Shown here: one piece after another, positions 54,365 to 63,999 of the stretch
Layout of the letters: each line of letters opens with the position of its first letter
Position numbering within the stretch: position 1 is the first letter of the stretch
Source of the DNA: a virus
Direction: 5' to 3' (one strand)
Virus record (IMG/VR): IMGVR_UViG_3300028826_000074
Length of the DNA stretch: 64,000 nt
Translations under genes and position numbers: made by a program
Notes under the pieces: model-generated
Seen by the model: the letters and a program-made list of their open reading frames with translations, nothing else
Database searches by the model: none
Told to the model about the DNA's origin: nothing

Positions 54365-55957
54365 TTAAAGGATCGCCCAGCGTTGAATCTTCGGAGCGAA
54401 AAGGCTGTATACGAACGCGTCGGCAAGGTCTGGAGACTTGATGCCCCGCTTTGCCATGTCCTGCTTAGATTCGATCTTGATCTTCCCCGTCTGAGTAGTG
54501 AGAGCAAGTGGCAAGGAGAGCTGAGTGATCAATTCCGTCTCTCCTCGAGGAATGCTGATCAGCTCATCCAGCGGATGTTCATGCCCGCCGTCTTTGCCGC
54601 TGAGCCAAAGCGAGTATTCGTAGGTCTTCTCGAACCGGGTTCGGGCAAGCCACCAAAGCTCGGCCCTGAGATTCAAGAAACGCTCTTGCGACGTCCTGCC
54701 ATCCGGCCACTTGGTTTGGGTTGGAGACTCTCCAGAGAGGATCGCCACCGGTTGGAACGGCAAGGCATCCATCAACTCGAACGTCGAGCGAACGCCTGAG
54801 CCGACTCCGATCGCGTCGTAGCAGAAGATCGCGGCTCCGCAATCCCGGCATGCCTGGGCGAAGTTGTGAGCGGTGATGGTCGTATTGGCTTCCGGCCATT
54901 GTTTGACCTGCAGCACCACCGGCCCAGCCCTTGCGACGAAAGTGCTCTTGTTCTTGCCGCCTGCCGCCACGTCCCCACCGGCAACGATTCGCTCGCTTCT
55001 GGGCAGATCCAGATCGATCGCCGCCCTCACATACTTGGCCGGGATGCAGATGCCATCCACGGAGGCCGTGTAATCGATGTCTATCTCTTGAGCGACGATT
55101 ACCGGATCCAAGCGCGAGCAGCGATCCTCATACCAAGCGTCGTCTTTTCTCGGATCGTCACGCCAGTGGAATGTGAAGACAGGAAAGGCTCCGCTATGAC
55201 GCTGTACGGCAAACGTGTTGCCCTGGCCATTGGGAGTCGAGAGCTTGATCTTTACGTCGCAGTTCTCGGATAGAGCCGCGTCCACTCGCTCGGGACGCTC
55301 GATGAAAGCCGCCTCATCCAAGATGTAGAGGCCATTGCGTCCACCACGGCCGATATTGTCGCCAGCCTCTCCCGTGATGGCCGAGCCATTGGCGGGATTG
55401 ATGAACTTCATGTGCCCGCAGTGCTTCTTCTCGTCGAAGCCCGCAGGGAGCATCCACTCAGGGAGCTTGCGAAGGATCATTCGACCCTTCTCTAAAATGC
55501 AGTCGGGATCTCCTAGCCGGTCGACCAAGTCCTCTTTGCGCGAACCGACCGCGCCCTTGAAGCCATCTTCAAAGAGCCAATCATGCACGAGCACGGCAAT
55601 GACGAGCCACGTCATGCCAACCTCTCGTGACTTCTCGATGATGCCGTCTTCTTTGGCTAACTGCCGATCGCGTATCCACCCGACGCATTCCCTTTGCTTC
55701 GGGAAGAGCTTGAAGCGGATCCATCGATCGCCGGAGAGCAGCTTCGGGTTGTACGTCCAAACGTAAGTATCGATCCAGTAGGCGGTGTCTCTTGCGCATC
55801 TCAGCCACTCGTCTTTGTGGGGGCCGATCTTGTCGGCTATGAGATGGGCGGTAGCGAGTCCCTCTTCGGGCTCCAGGAACGAAACAGTGTCGACGGACTC
55901 TAAATCTGCGAACGCGCTCAGGACCGGCCACTCCGCCTGGCGATAGGAATGTCCCAT
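54365..55957 (-). CDS. terL: Phage B terminase large subunit
   Basis: EKSREVGMTW, ILDEAAF, LSTPNG, GGDVAAGG, KSPDLADA. Confidence 0.92.
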   Translation of the reverse strand: MGHSYRQAEWPVLSAFADLESVDTVSFLEPEEGLATAHLIADKIGPHKDEWLRCARDTAYWIDTYVWTYNPKLLSGDRWIRFKLFPKQRECVGWIRDRQLAKEDGIIEKSREVGMTWLVIAVLVHDWLFEDGFKGAVGSRKEDLVDRLGDPDCILEKGRMILRKLPEWMLPAGFDEKKHCGHMKFINPANGSAITGEAGDNIGRGGRNGLYILDEAAFIERPERVDAALSENCDVKIKLSTPNGQGNTFAVQRHSGAFPVFTFHWRDDPRKDDAWYEDRCSRLDPVIVAQEIDIDYTASVDGICIPAKYVRAAIDLDLPRSERIVAGGDVAAGGKNKSTFVARAGPVVLQVKQWPEANTTITAHNFAQACRDCGAAIFCYDAIGVGSGVRSTFELMDALPFQPVAILSGESPTQTKWPDGRTSQERFLNLRAELWWLARTRFEKTYEYSLWLSGKDGGHEHPLDELISIPRGETELITQLSLPLALTTQTGKIKIESKQDMAKRGIKSPDLADAFVYSLFAPKIQRWAIL

Positions 55958-56433
55958 CAGATGTCCATCTGCGGCTGCTGGATCTGGCCCTTGCGCAACG
56001 CCTTGGCCTTCTCGATCGCTTCAAACAGGCGAACCGCTTTGTCCATGCCGACACCGTAGAGGATCGCTAGATCGCCTGCCGTTTGCTTGCTGAGCCACTT
56101 CTTGTCCATGTGGTGCTCTTGTTGAACGATCAGGGAGCGCAGCTGCCCGTCGATGAGCTTATCGAGGAGCCTCTCACGCGACTCTTTTAACGTATGTACA
56201 ACCGTATGCTCCGTATGCATACGATTTGGCATACGGTCTTCTATTTGAACCTGTTTTGCAGGCTCAGCCGTATGCATACGGTTTTGCGAGCCGTCTTCCT
56301 TGAGCTTGTCGTGCCAGCGTTGAACCGTGGCCTTGGATAGCCTTAGTTCTTTGGCTACCGCGCCGATCGAGGAACCGGAAAGAAGCAGCGCGATTCCGCG
56401 GGCCTTGGTGTTAGGGTCGATCTCCTTTGCCAC
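55957..56433 (-). CDS. terS: Phage B terminase small subunit
   Basis: N-terminal HTH (SIGAVAKELRLSKATVQRW); coupled to terL. Confidence 0.7.
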   Translation of the reverse strand: MAKEIDPNTKARGIALLLSGSSIGAVAKELRLSKATVQRWHDKLKEDGSQNRMHTAEPAKQVQIEDRMPNRMHTEHTVVHTLKESRERLLDKLIDGQLRSLIVQQEHHMDKKWLSKQTAGDLAILYGVGMDKAVRLFEAIEKAKALRKGQIQQPQMDI

Positions 56434-56436
56434 AGG

Positions 56437-56841
56437 CTAACCGCCCGCGCATCCGCCATTCACCGCAAAGACGGTCAGTTCGAATCCTTCCACCTGACGC
56501 CATCCGGAATCACGGAAACGCCTAGCCAGCTTGACGACGTTCGTGACGTACTCGTCCTCGAACTTCTCGATCTTGGCCGGATCTATGTTCGGCTCCCAGG
56601 TGACCTTGCGGGGATTGTCGATCGCGTATTCGGCTGATACGATGAGGCCGGTCTCGGCATCATGCGGCTGCACCTTGTCCCAGTTGGCTTTTGCTTTGGC
56701 GATTAGTCGTTCTCGTTGGCTCATAAACCTACCCTTAGCCTCTTCGGCTCGCATGCGCTCATCCATCTTCTTGGAGCGGATCATCTCGAAGATCAGGATC
56801 GACATCACAACTGCAATGCCGATCCAGGTCGCGGCGTCCAT
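56437..56841 (-). CDS. Membrane-anchored hypothetical protein
   Basis: N-terminal TM WIGIAVVMSILIF. Confidence 0.55.
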   Translation of the reverse strand: MDAATWIGIAVVMSILIFEMIRSKKMDERMRAEEAKGRFMSQRERLIAKAKANWDKVQPHDAETGLIVSAEYAIDNPRKVTWEPNIDPAKIEKFEDEYVTNVVKLARRFRDSGWRQVEGFELTVFAVNGGCAGG

Positions 56842-57194
56842 CAGAACCGATATGTCAGGCCAAGCAAGAGCCCGGCGCCGGTTGGCTTGTTCTGGGTCGC
56901 AGAGATTGCGATGCCAAACTTGAAGTCTGCGTTCCTTGCTACTGGGAACGTCTTACCGATGGCTATACCGCCTGTTATGTTGGACTGTAGGTCTGCACCT
57001 GCAAAGCCATCTACCTCTAGGGAGAATTTGAGGCCTAAAGGACGCTCGATGGTTCCGATGTTTCGCAGGACCACTGCCGAACTAGTGTGCGTGCGGAAGT
57101 CCCATACAGCGGCAAGGCTCCATTCGCGGATCTCCTGGGCACTTGAAATGCACGTCATGGCGAGAAGGGAAAGCAGTAAGAGGAATCGTTTCAT
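56841..57194 (-). CDS. Signal-peptide, beta-strand-rich outer-membrane-like protein in lysis cassette
   Basis: Signal peptide MKRFLLLLSLLAMTCISSA; ends in LGLTYRF (C-terminal Phe typical of BAM substrates); homologous to 11176..11613. Confidence 0.6.
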   Translation of the reverse strand: MKRFLLLLSLLAMTCISSAQEIREWSLAAVWDFRTHTSSAVVLRNIGTIERPLGLKFSLEVDGFAGADLQSNITGGIAIGKTFPVARNADFKFGIAISATQNKPTGAGLLLGLTYRF

Positions 57195-57379
57195 AGTTGA
57201 ACTCCTGATTGGCTGACGCCCAGAGCGGCGAGTAGCCCGGTTGCGGTGCCAGCGATCCACCTACGGGATGCCAGCGACCAATTGAATTTGCGGCGTGACT
57301 TCGACCACTTTTGCAGGTCGATCACGAATGCGGTTGCGAAGCCGGTAGCGGCTCCGATCAAAGCGGTGTTTAGATTCAC
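57191..57379 (-). CDS. Putative holin (2 TM)
   Basis: 62 aa, two hydrophobic segments around a basic loop. Confidence 0.5.
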   Translation of the reverse strand: MNLNTALIGAATGFATAFVIDLQKWSKSRRKFNWSLASRRWIAGTATGLLAALGVSQSGVQL

Positions 57380-57654
57380 TTGCGACCTACCGCCTGCTGA
57401 ATCTGCTTGATGCCTTCCTCGACACGAATAACGGCTTCATGCGTGGCCTGGAACTTAGTGATCGCTTCTTTCATGATTGCCTCGTTCCGGGCCGTGGACT
57501 CGGCTTGGGCGCGATCCTCGCGAGCAAGGGCGGCTAGTCTCATCTCGACTCGCACTCCCCACATGACGGCGGCAATGATGTAGCCGATGATGAGCCTGAG
57601 AGCCCAAATGACCTCAGAGTCTGGGATGACGAGTTGAGCAAAGAGGCTGAGCAT
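57376..57654 (-). CDS. Single-TM coiled-coil protein (holin/antiholin-like)
   Basis: TM IWALRLIIGYIIAAVMWGV then coiled coil. Confidence 0.5.
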   Translation of the reverse strand: MLSLFAQLVIPDSEVIWALRLIIGYIIAAVMWGVRVEMRLAALAREDRAQAESTARNEAIMKEAITKFQATHEAVIRVEEGIKQIQQAVGRK

Positions 57655-57689
57655 TGTTTCATGTGGCACCCTTGGTGCAAAACGAGGAT

Positions 57690-58154
57690 CTAGGGGAAAC
57701 TCAAAACAAAAACGCGGCACTTGCGTTGGTAACCTTTTCCAGACCAAGGCCTGGAGCCTGGGCCATGGCCGCCGTACGACTCGTAGGTTCGTCCATTCAA
57801 GATGAAGCCCACATGGCGCCCAACGCCTTTGCCTGGCTGCTGGGGAAGCACGAACATCCGCAGGATGCCGTCCTTGAGCTTCCCGGCCTCTACCGTGGAT
57901 TCCTTAAAGTGGTTTTCGATCAGCCACTCGAGCTGCTTTGCCGAGCCGTCCGGAATAACCTCGCCGCATGCCTTGCTCACGATAAGCCTCGTGTAACCAG
58001 AGCAATCGATCTCCTTCACGTCGGCGAGCTGCACTCCCAAGAAGGGGGCTTTAGCGCCGAGTAGGTACTTGCAGTCCTTCATCTTGCCAGTCAGAACTGG
58101 AATGTCCTGAGGCTCGATCGGAAGCGTTTCGTATGGTAATTCTTTGTTCGGCAT
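57690..58154 (-). CDS. Endolysin, NlpC/P60-like cysteine peptidase
   Basis: YLLGAK..IDCSGY..RHVGF..YES catalytic Cys/His pattern. Confidence 0.75.
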   Translation of the reverse strand: MPNKELPYETLPIEPQDIPVLTGKMKDCKYLLGAKAPFLGVQLADVKEIDCSGYTRLIVSKACGEVIPDGSAKQLEWLIENHFKESTVEAGKLKDGILRMFVLPQQPGKGVGRHVGFILNGRTYESYGGHGPGSRPWSGKGYQRKCRVFVLSFP

Positions 58155-58158
58155 GGCG

Positions 58159-58419
58159 TTAGTTCGTTGGGTCGATCCCGATGGCTTTGCACCGTTCGAT
58201 GAACCGAATTGCTCGGGTGAGATGGTGATGGCCTTTCGGCCCCTTGTTCGACGCGATCTTGTCGACGCCGAAGGCATACGCTGCGTAGACCGAACCTAAT
58301 AACCCGCCGATGAAGACACACGGGTCGTACTGACGGCAATCCATTTGGTAGGCAATCGACAACTCCATCCACTTGGCTTGCGCTCGCTTCTTACGATTCA
58401 GCCGTTTGATGAACTTCAT
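58159..58419 (-). CDS. Hypothetical protein
   Basis: 86 aa, first gene after the leader terminator. Confidence 0.45.
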   Translation of the reverse strand: MKFIKRLNRKKRAQAKWMELSIAYQMDCRQYDPCVFIGGLLGSVYAAYAFGVDKIASNKGPKGHHHLTRAIRFIERCKAIGIDPTN

Positions 58420-58423
58420 GGCG

Positions 58424-58458
58424 TAAAAAGAACCCGGCAGGTGTCTGACTACCGGGTT
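58424..58458 (-). terminator. Intrinsic terminator upstream of lysis genes
   Basis: AACCCGG...CCGGGTT-CTTTTT on the minus strand. Confidence 0.6.
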
Positions 58459-58990
58459 GAGAGGTTTCTTATGCGACTTCCCTAGCTCGTTGGCTAAGAT
58501 GTTTGCCCGTTTGGACTAGCGGGATGTGGCACGCATCCACGGACAGGTAGGTGGCCTTCGAGTTTCTTCCAAGATGTATGGCGGGTCATGGCAAGGTTGC
58601 TCGTCGAAGCAGAGCCTCGCTCTCCGCCAAAGTGTAAGGGAACGGAGGTGGTACGTATGCCATCCGCCGATGCTTCGAATCATCGAATCGCCAAAGGCTC
58701 GGGCCACGGTTAGACTCTTTCAGGGGAGCCGTTACGGACTTCCTAGTGGTCGATTTCCCTACAATGTTGCCGCATGTTTTTCCGTTCGTCCGTCCAAGAT
58801 TGGATGTGCGTGGCGGGACCGGAATGGCGGCTAACTCGGTTGGCATTGACGCGGCTACTGATTCATGCAGGTGGCGCAGCTCATCACTTCTACGCTCTTG
58901 GGCCAAATGGCTCGACTACCCCGGCACCAGGATCTCCCCGGGCCAACACAACACCGCGCCAATTCGTGAAAATGAACCTATCGTCAATGG

Positions 58991-59023
58991 AAAAGCCCAC
59001 GGCGAAGGAGGCGCCATGGGCTT
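58991..59023 (-). terminator. Intrinsic terminator just after the putative late promoter
   Basis: AAGCCCATGGCG...CGCCGTGGGCTTTT on the minus strand. Confidence 0.6.
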
Positions 59024-59070
59024 CGGTTGGATGCTTCAGGCAGGGTCAAGGCCGCCGCCTGTGCAAAATC

Positions 59071-59098
59071 ACTATACCACTGTCTGTTTAAAATGCAA
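59071..59098 (-). promoter_or_regulatory. Putative late promoter of phage B
   Basis: TTGCAT, 16 bp spacer, extended -10 TGgTATAGT in an AT-rich gap. Confidence 0.55.
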
Positions 59099-59105
59099 AG
59101 GATTT

Positions 59106-59423
59106 CTACATTTTTTCAGAATTTGATTTCCCCTTCAATCGCCCGATCTCCACGGCCTGAGTCTTGATTGCATTTAGCGCATCAGCAAGTGCGGTATCGG
59201 ATGGTAGTGGTAATTCCCCTGTCTTCTTGTTGCGTGTCGCTTCTCTCTCAATGGCCTCGCGTTTCATTGCAGGCTGTGGCTCCCCTCGTCGCCATGCCGC
59301 CGAGTGAGTAGCGCAAACTCGCCAATAGCCCGTTTCGCGCCAGCATCCACCACCGTTGCAGTTCTCGTTGTCGCAGCTTTCGACGTCGCACACACCCCAG
59401 TACGGATAACGCTCATCTCTCAT
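59106..59423 (-). CDS. Cys-rich hypothetical protein
   Basis: CDVESC..C..GGC..C..H motif. Confidence 0.55.
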   Translation of the reverse strand: MRDERYPYWGVCDVESCDNENCNGGGCWRETGYWRVCATHSAAWRRGEPQPAMKREAIEREATRNKKTGELPLPSDTALADALNAIKTQAVEIGRLKGKSNSEKM

Positions 59424-59433
59424 CGTTGACTCA

Positions 59434-59820
59434 CTATGTCTCCAGGTAGGCCGTCTCGATGACAACCATGTATCCCAAGTCCTTGACACCAACGATCCCA
59501 GTGCCGAAACATTCACCCGAAGTCGATACCCAAATTGGCCTATCTCTGTGGACCGTGTAACTTCCAGATTTCCAGGACTGAACGTCTTTGCCGATCATGC
59601 CTTCCAGATAATCGACGAATTCCGCAACTGGTCTCCCGGGGAAATCATACGGGCCGTGGTCTATGTCGCAGTGATCGTAATAGCCACGGTAACTGCCTAG
59701 CGTCGTAGGGCAATAGCCCATAAAGTCGAAGTGGACGCACTTGTCTGGCCTTTCCATTTCGATTGTTCCTTTCAGCGCGTCGATCAACTCGCCTAGTGTT
59801 AAGTTCCCAAAAATAGTCAT
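59434..59820 (-). CDS. Hypothetical phage protein
   Basis: 128 aa; LGSYRGYYD motif; ATGA coupling. Confidence 0.55.
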   Translation of the reverse strand: MTIFGNLTLGELIDALKGTIEMERPDKCVHFDFMGYCPTTLGSYRGYYDHCDIDHGPYDFPGRPVAEFVDYLEGMIGKDVQSWKSGSYTVHRDRPIWVSTSGECFGTGIVGVKDLGYMVVIETAYLET

Positions 59821-60437
59821 TTCGTTCTTACCTTGGCGGCCACTCGTCTTCTTGCCGCCTTTGCCTGAGCGTGTCTCGCCTTTCGATCCGCCATCTTGAG
59901 CAGCGAGTCGATCTGAATCCAAATGCAACCCTGCCAATCCCTACGAGCGACGACCATCTCTTTCTCAGCCCATCTCATGACCGTCGTTCGGTGAAACCCG
60001 ATCATGTACGCCGCCATTGCGAGGCTGATGCAGGCCTGGCTCAGCATCTTCGACGGAACGTCCGGGGTTGGATCGAATGGATCATCTTCGAGCTCGATGT
60101 CCAGCAGATCGCAGAAGTCCTTCACCTGAATTGGCCAAGCGTCGAAGCCGGGAATCTCGTCGCCGAAGGACTCTGCGGCGGCTCGCAATGACTCCTCGTA
60201 ATACGGATATGGCAGCGAACGAATCACCCTCACGAATGCTTCGTACTTAGGGGATGATCGCTCGCGATCCTGGCGGTCCATGCGGCTTGGGCCTATCCTG
60301 CCAACGTGAGGCCGGATGTAGTCGAAATAGGCTTTTACGATTCGCTTCGCTCTCCAGACGTCTTGGTCGATCGCTGTTTGCTGCATCCTTGCTGACTCCT
60401 TGGGTTTGGAAAATGGGAGAACGAGAACTGCGCTCAT
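59817..60437 (-). CDS. Hypothetical protein with C-terminal HTH (candidate late regulator)
   Basis: ISLAMAAYMIGFHRTTVMRW HTH; located just before the late promoter. Confidence 0.5.
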   Translation of the reverse strand: MSAVLVLPFSKPKESARMQQTAIDQDVWRAKRIVKAYFDYIRPHVGRIGPSRMDRQDRERSSPKYEAFVRVIRSLPYPYYEESLRAAAESFGDEIPGFDAWPIQVKDFCDLLDIELEDDPFDPTPDVPSKMLSQACISLAMAAYMIGFHRTTVMRWAEKEMVVARRDWQGCIWIQIDSLLKMADRKARHAQAKAARRRVAAKVRTK

Positions 60438-61087
60438 GCCGCCACCTTCGGCTTTCGGTAGCCCTTCTCGAACTCCCACATGCGGTAGTAAGCGCACTTC
60501 AAAATGTGGCTGACTGTGCCGGGCTCCACCTTCTGCGATTGCTTCAGGTTCGGAGCCTTGATGATCTCGCGGACCCTTCCGTTATTCCACTGGCATGGCT
60601 CGATTGAGAACAGGCCCGCATACGGAGGAATCTCAGATTTCAGCTTTTCGGCAAGCTCATGGGGCATGGCGAACCAATAACGCCTGCAGTGGTGAGGCGA
60701 GCAATTGCGCCAGTCACGAAGCGAATGCACTTGCCCACGATAGGACAACTTGTCGGTCTCATCGGAGGCGAGTGCTTCCTCCCATTCGTCGAGGGCATCG
60801 GTCGGTAGCCCACGATTCACAAAGTAGGCTCTCGACCCAATTGGCCTATAAAGAGTCTTGGGCTTTCCTGTCTGGAGAATCTTGTGCTTTAGGCCTTTAT
60901 TCTTGAACTCAGCCCGGAAGTCCGCAAGGCTAATCTTGACCTCGATCTCTTCGGCCCAACCCGAATCTCTGACAACCACAAGGTCCGCCTCCCATCCAAC
61001 CAAACCATTCGCATAGTTGGGAAGCACAATGTTCCGGTTGTAATCGAACCGTGTGGCCAATCTCTGGGCAATGTCGCTTCCAGTCAT
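60434..61087 (-). CDS. PD-(D/E)XK nuclease-like (MmcB-like) protein
   Basis: EADLVVV..EIEVKISLADF..RYWFAMP. Confidence 0.6.
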   Translation of the reverse strand: MTGSDIAQRLATRFDYNRNIVLPNYANGLVGWEADLVVVRDSGWAEEIEVKISLADFRAEFKNKGLKHKILQTGKPKTLYRPIGSRAYFVNRGLPTDALDEWEEALASDETDKLSYRGQVHSLRDWRNCSPHHCRRYWFAMPHELAEKLKSEIPPYAGLFSIEPCQWNNGRVREIIKAPNLKQSQKVEPGTVSHILKCAYYRMWEFEKGYRKPKVAA

Positions 61088-62004
61088 GCCGCTTCCGCCT
61101 GCTGATCGCAATACTTCTCCCAGCTTCGATCTACCGGGAGCCTGCGTTTCTCAAACCATCCGATAGCGTCGAACGGTCTGGATCGGTCTGGTTCGTAGTA
61201 CCTGGCGACATCGGAGCCGTCAGGGCAATGGAGCACGTAATCGACCCCGGCCAGTGGCTTCGTATGGCTTGGAATCGCCTGATTGGGCGCATTCGGGTCC
61301 GGGATCTCGTAACTCTCGGTCCAACGCTCCTGGTTGAGCCATGTTGTCATTTGGCAAACGAGCCGCGTGCCGACGTCGCCGGTGGCGGTGACGAACTCGC
61401 GGTATCGCCTTGCACCATCGATCACCTGGGAAGCTAGGGCAGGCTTACCGAAGGTTTTGCGAAGGTGTTCCCGGCGAGCTTTGGCCTTGCACAAGTCCCC
61501 GAGCCGTTTGGGATACTCCGCTGCAAACTCCTCGAACAACTCATCGGCGGTCTTTGCCGCCATAACATGATGGTTACTGGATGGTTCTAAGGACGGTTCT
61601 TCCTTATAGGGGGGTGCAGGGGGGAATGTCGCAGATGTCAGGGGTTGGGGTGCCAATTTGTCAGGGGTCTGTGTCTCAGATGTCAGGGGTGTCAGATTGT
61701 CAGGGGTGTCAGATTGACAGGGCTGACGTTTTGTCAGGGGTGTCAGATTGACAGGGGGCAATCGGTAGATCGTCTTCTTTCCAGGTCTTGCCTCTTGGAC
61801 CTGGAGGAACCCCTCATCGATCAGGGTCTTGATGATCCGGTAGACCTCTCGCTCTGAGTAGTTGGTCTTCTTGGCGATCGACGCAATACCGGGATAGATA
61901 TTCATTCCGTCGTGGTCGGCATGGTCGGCAAGGGCCAGTAACACGAACTTGTGGTTCGGAGGCATCTCGATATTCCAGACACGACCCATGGCATGAACGC
62001 TCAT
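61084..62004 (-). CDS. Replication initiator (lambda O-like, N-terminal wHTH)
   Basis: KFVLLALADHAD..YPGIASIAKKT..EVYRIIKTLIDEGFL; internal iterons; C-terminal TWLNQERW. Confidence 0.85.
   Translation of the reverse strand: MSVHAMGRVWNIEMPPNHKFVLLALADHADHDGMNIYPGIASIAKKTNYSEREVYRIIKTLIDEGFLQVQEARPGKKTIYRLPPVNLTPLTKRQPCQSDTPDNLTPLTSETQTPDKLAPQPLTSATFPPAPPYKEEPSLEPSSNHHVMAAKTADELFEEFAAEYPKRLGDLCKAKARREHLRKTFGKPALASQVIDGARRYREFVTATGDVGTRLVCQMTTWLNQERWTESYEIPDPNAPNQAIPSHTKPLAGVDYVLHCPDGSDVARYYEPDRSRPFDAIGWFEKRRLPVDRSWEKYCDQQAEAA
61634..61760. repeat. Iterons (origin) inside the replication gene
   Basis: TGTCAGGGGT at 61636, 61659, 61681, 61698, 61732 plus TGTCAGATTG three times. Confidence 0.75.
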
Positions 62005-62029
62005 CGGTTGCCTCCAGCTGAGTTACTCA

Positions 62030-62302
62030 TCAAAGAGCACCCCCCCCGAACGTCAGTTGCTGTTCCTCGCCCAACTTCTTGCTCCTTGCCCTACGGTCGG
62101 CCTTTGTGCCGTGGCCGGTGATCACGCTTCGGTTCTCGATCACGTGAAGCGTCACCGTGTTGCCATCGTCGATCACGTACCAAGCAATGCGCTTCTTGTT
62201 GGCCCTGGCTCGCGCGCGCTTATGGGCGTGGCTTGCGCTCAGATGTCCGGAAGTCCAACCTTCGCCGTCGACATGCAGCCCAATGGAAAGAGCCCAACTC
62301 AT
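62030..62302 (-). CDS. Hypothetical basic protein
   Basis: 90 aa, coupled. Confidence 0.5.
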   Translation of the reverse strand: MSWALSIGLHVDGEGWTSGHLSASHAHKRARARANKKRIAWYVIDDGNTVTLHVIENRSVITGHGTKADRRARSKKLGEEQQLTFGGGAL

Positions 62303-62715
62303 TGCAGGCTCCCGAAGATAACGACCACAGACCCCGTAAATGGAACACCCCTCGATCCTCCGAACTTCAATTTCCCTTTTAGGAATTCAACAGCACCGTA
62401 TTCAAGCGCAAGGTGAAACCACTCGGTAGCTGTGTGCGATGGAAGCAGCATCACAACACGTTCGGCATTCCCGTCCTCCACCTCTGCCCGTGCTTTTCTC
62501 ACCCAGTCAATCAGTCGCCTATACGGTGGATTGCACCAGACGACACCGAACCAAGGCTTCGTTAAAGCGTTATCTTCAACCGTCATATATCGAGCGCACT
62601 TCGCATTTAGTGCAGACGCCGCAACATCTAAATCGAACGGCCCATATCTTGCGCTGAGATCCGAGAACGTCTCATCGGGTGTGTACCACTCGTCGCGTAA
62701 GAGCATCTGACTCAC
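62299..62715 (-). CDS. Phage DNA N6-adenine methyltransferase (Dam family)
   Basis: EWYTP, FDLDVAA, WCNPPY, FLKGKLKF. Confidence 0.88.
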   Translation of the reverse strand: MSQMLLRDEWYTPDETFSDLSARYGPFDLDVAASALNAKCARYMTVEDNALTKPWFGVVWCNPPYRRLIDWVRKARAEVEDGNAERVVMLLPSHTATEWFHLALEYGAVEFLKGKLKFGGSRGVPFTGSVVVIFGSLQ

Positions 62716-62909
62716 GCTGCTCCCTCCGTCCTTTCCAAAAGCGCCAATGAATCGACCCGGGACCGCTCAGCCCTTGCGAGTGCCGCCAGTTTGCGGTCGT
62801 GCACGTCATGGCAATACTCCGATGGGTTAAGAGTCGCGCCGATCTCGATGCCCTCGCGAAGCCCAGCAAAGTAGGCTTCGACTTGCTCGGCAGTTGTGAA
62901 TCGGTTCAT
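62712..62909 (-). CDS. Hypothetical protein
   Basis: 65 aa, ATGA coupling. Confidence 0.5.
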   Translation of the reverse strand: MNRFTTAEQVEAYFAGLREGIEIGATLNPSEYCHDVHDRKLAALARAERSRVDSLALLERTEGAA

Positions 62910-63292
62910 GCTGTCACTCCTTTCGGCCCTACCAATATGGAATCGGGCAAGGGATACGAGAACTGCGGACATCGCCACAGATGGAGGCAATACGGATGGT
63001 AATTCACATACTCCGACTCGGGAGGGTGGAATTGGACCACCGTCTCCTCTTTGTCCCAAAAGAGGTCCTTGACGAAGCACATCTCTTCCCAGGTCGGACA
63101 CCTCTGAGCATTCTCTATCGACACAGAGGCATGCTCCCAGCCGGTGTCCACCGCATCGGAAGCGATGATCCTGACGATCTCGTTGCCTCTGACAACGCGG
63201 AAAAGGCCGTTGTTGCCGTCCATCGGCGTCGATCTCCATGGACCCGTGGCGACTCGGCTGCTTTCAAGTGCGGGATGCGTAATTCGTCTCAT
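62906..63292 (-). CDS. Conserved phage hypothetical protein
   Basis: WEHASVS..RCPTWEEMCFVKDLFW..QFHPPESEYVNYHPYCLHLWR motif, familiar from other phages. Confidence 0.75.
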   Translation of the reverse strand: MRRITHPALESSRVATGPWRSTPMDGNNGLFRVVRGNEIVRIIASDAVDTGWEHASVSIENAQRCPTWEEMCFVKDLFWDKEETVVQFHPPESEYVNYHPYCLHLWRCPQFSYPLPDSILVGPKGVTA

Positions 63293-63999
63293 GCCGCGGC
63301 TCCTCTTTCTCGGTTGTGGACCTGTCGTCGAACAAGCAAAGCTTGAAGGTAATCCTTCCGCTCGAAGGGCCTTAGGTTGCTGAGATTCTCGCCGTGGTAA
63401 CGTGCCCAGATCATCGGTTGCGACGTTCCGGATACCTTCTCGATGCCTAGCAGCTTCTGGGTGAAGCTTCCCGTGAGCGATAGCGGATCGTCAACCACCG
63501 TGAGAGCCAGCTGCACGAGCTTCGCCGGGTCGTAGCAGGCATTGAGGCAAGGCTGGCCGTCGATCAACTCGTCGATGCTCTTGCCTTGCAGTCCTGAAGG
63601 TTTGGGGATCATGACGCTTCGCTCAGTCACTTGCAGCTTGCAACTCTGGCAAATCCTCTCGTCCATCTTGCAGATCGGCTGTCCGCACGAAAGGCAGGAA
63701 TAGAGCTTCGCTGGTTTAGGCTCGTCGCTCTCTGCCTTCGGCGCGAGGCTTTCATTGATCAGGTTGGCGGCTTCGACTCTCTGGTTACACTGCTTGGTGC
63801 AATGGCTTGAGCAACACTTGGAGCCAATGACGAACTCCTCCGATTCGATGTCGTAGATCTCGCTTCCGCAGATCATGCAGGGCTCGTCCATGCGATTGCA
63901 GGGAGGCTCGGGCTCATCGACGCTGATGCCAAGCGGTGGAAACTCCTCTTTGACGGCAGGCTCTTCCACGTCCATCGTGAGTTGGGTGTCTTCTTTCAC
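63289..63999 (-). CDS. Cys-rich hypothetical protein (start may lie beyond window)
   Basis: Multiple CxxC motifs. Confidence 0.55.
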   Translation of the reverse strand: MKEDTQLTMDVEEPAVKEEFPPLGISVDEPEPPCNRMDEPCMICGSEIYDIESEEFVIGSKCCSSHCTKQCNQRVEAANLINESLAPKAESDEPKPAKLYSCLSCGQPICKMDERICQSCKLQVTERSVMIPKPSGLQGKSIDELIDGQPCLNACYDPAKLVQLALTVVDDPLSLTGSFTQKLLGIEKVSGTSQPMIWARYHGENLSNLRPFERKDYLQALLVRRQVHNRERGAAA

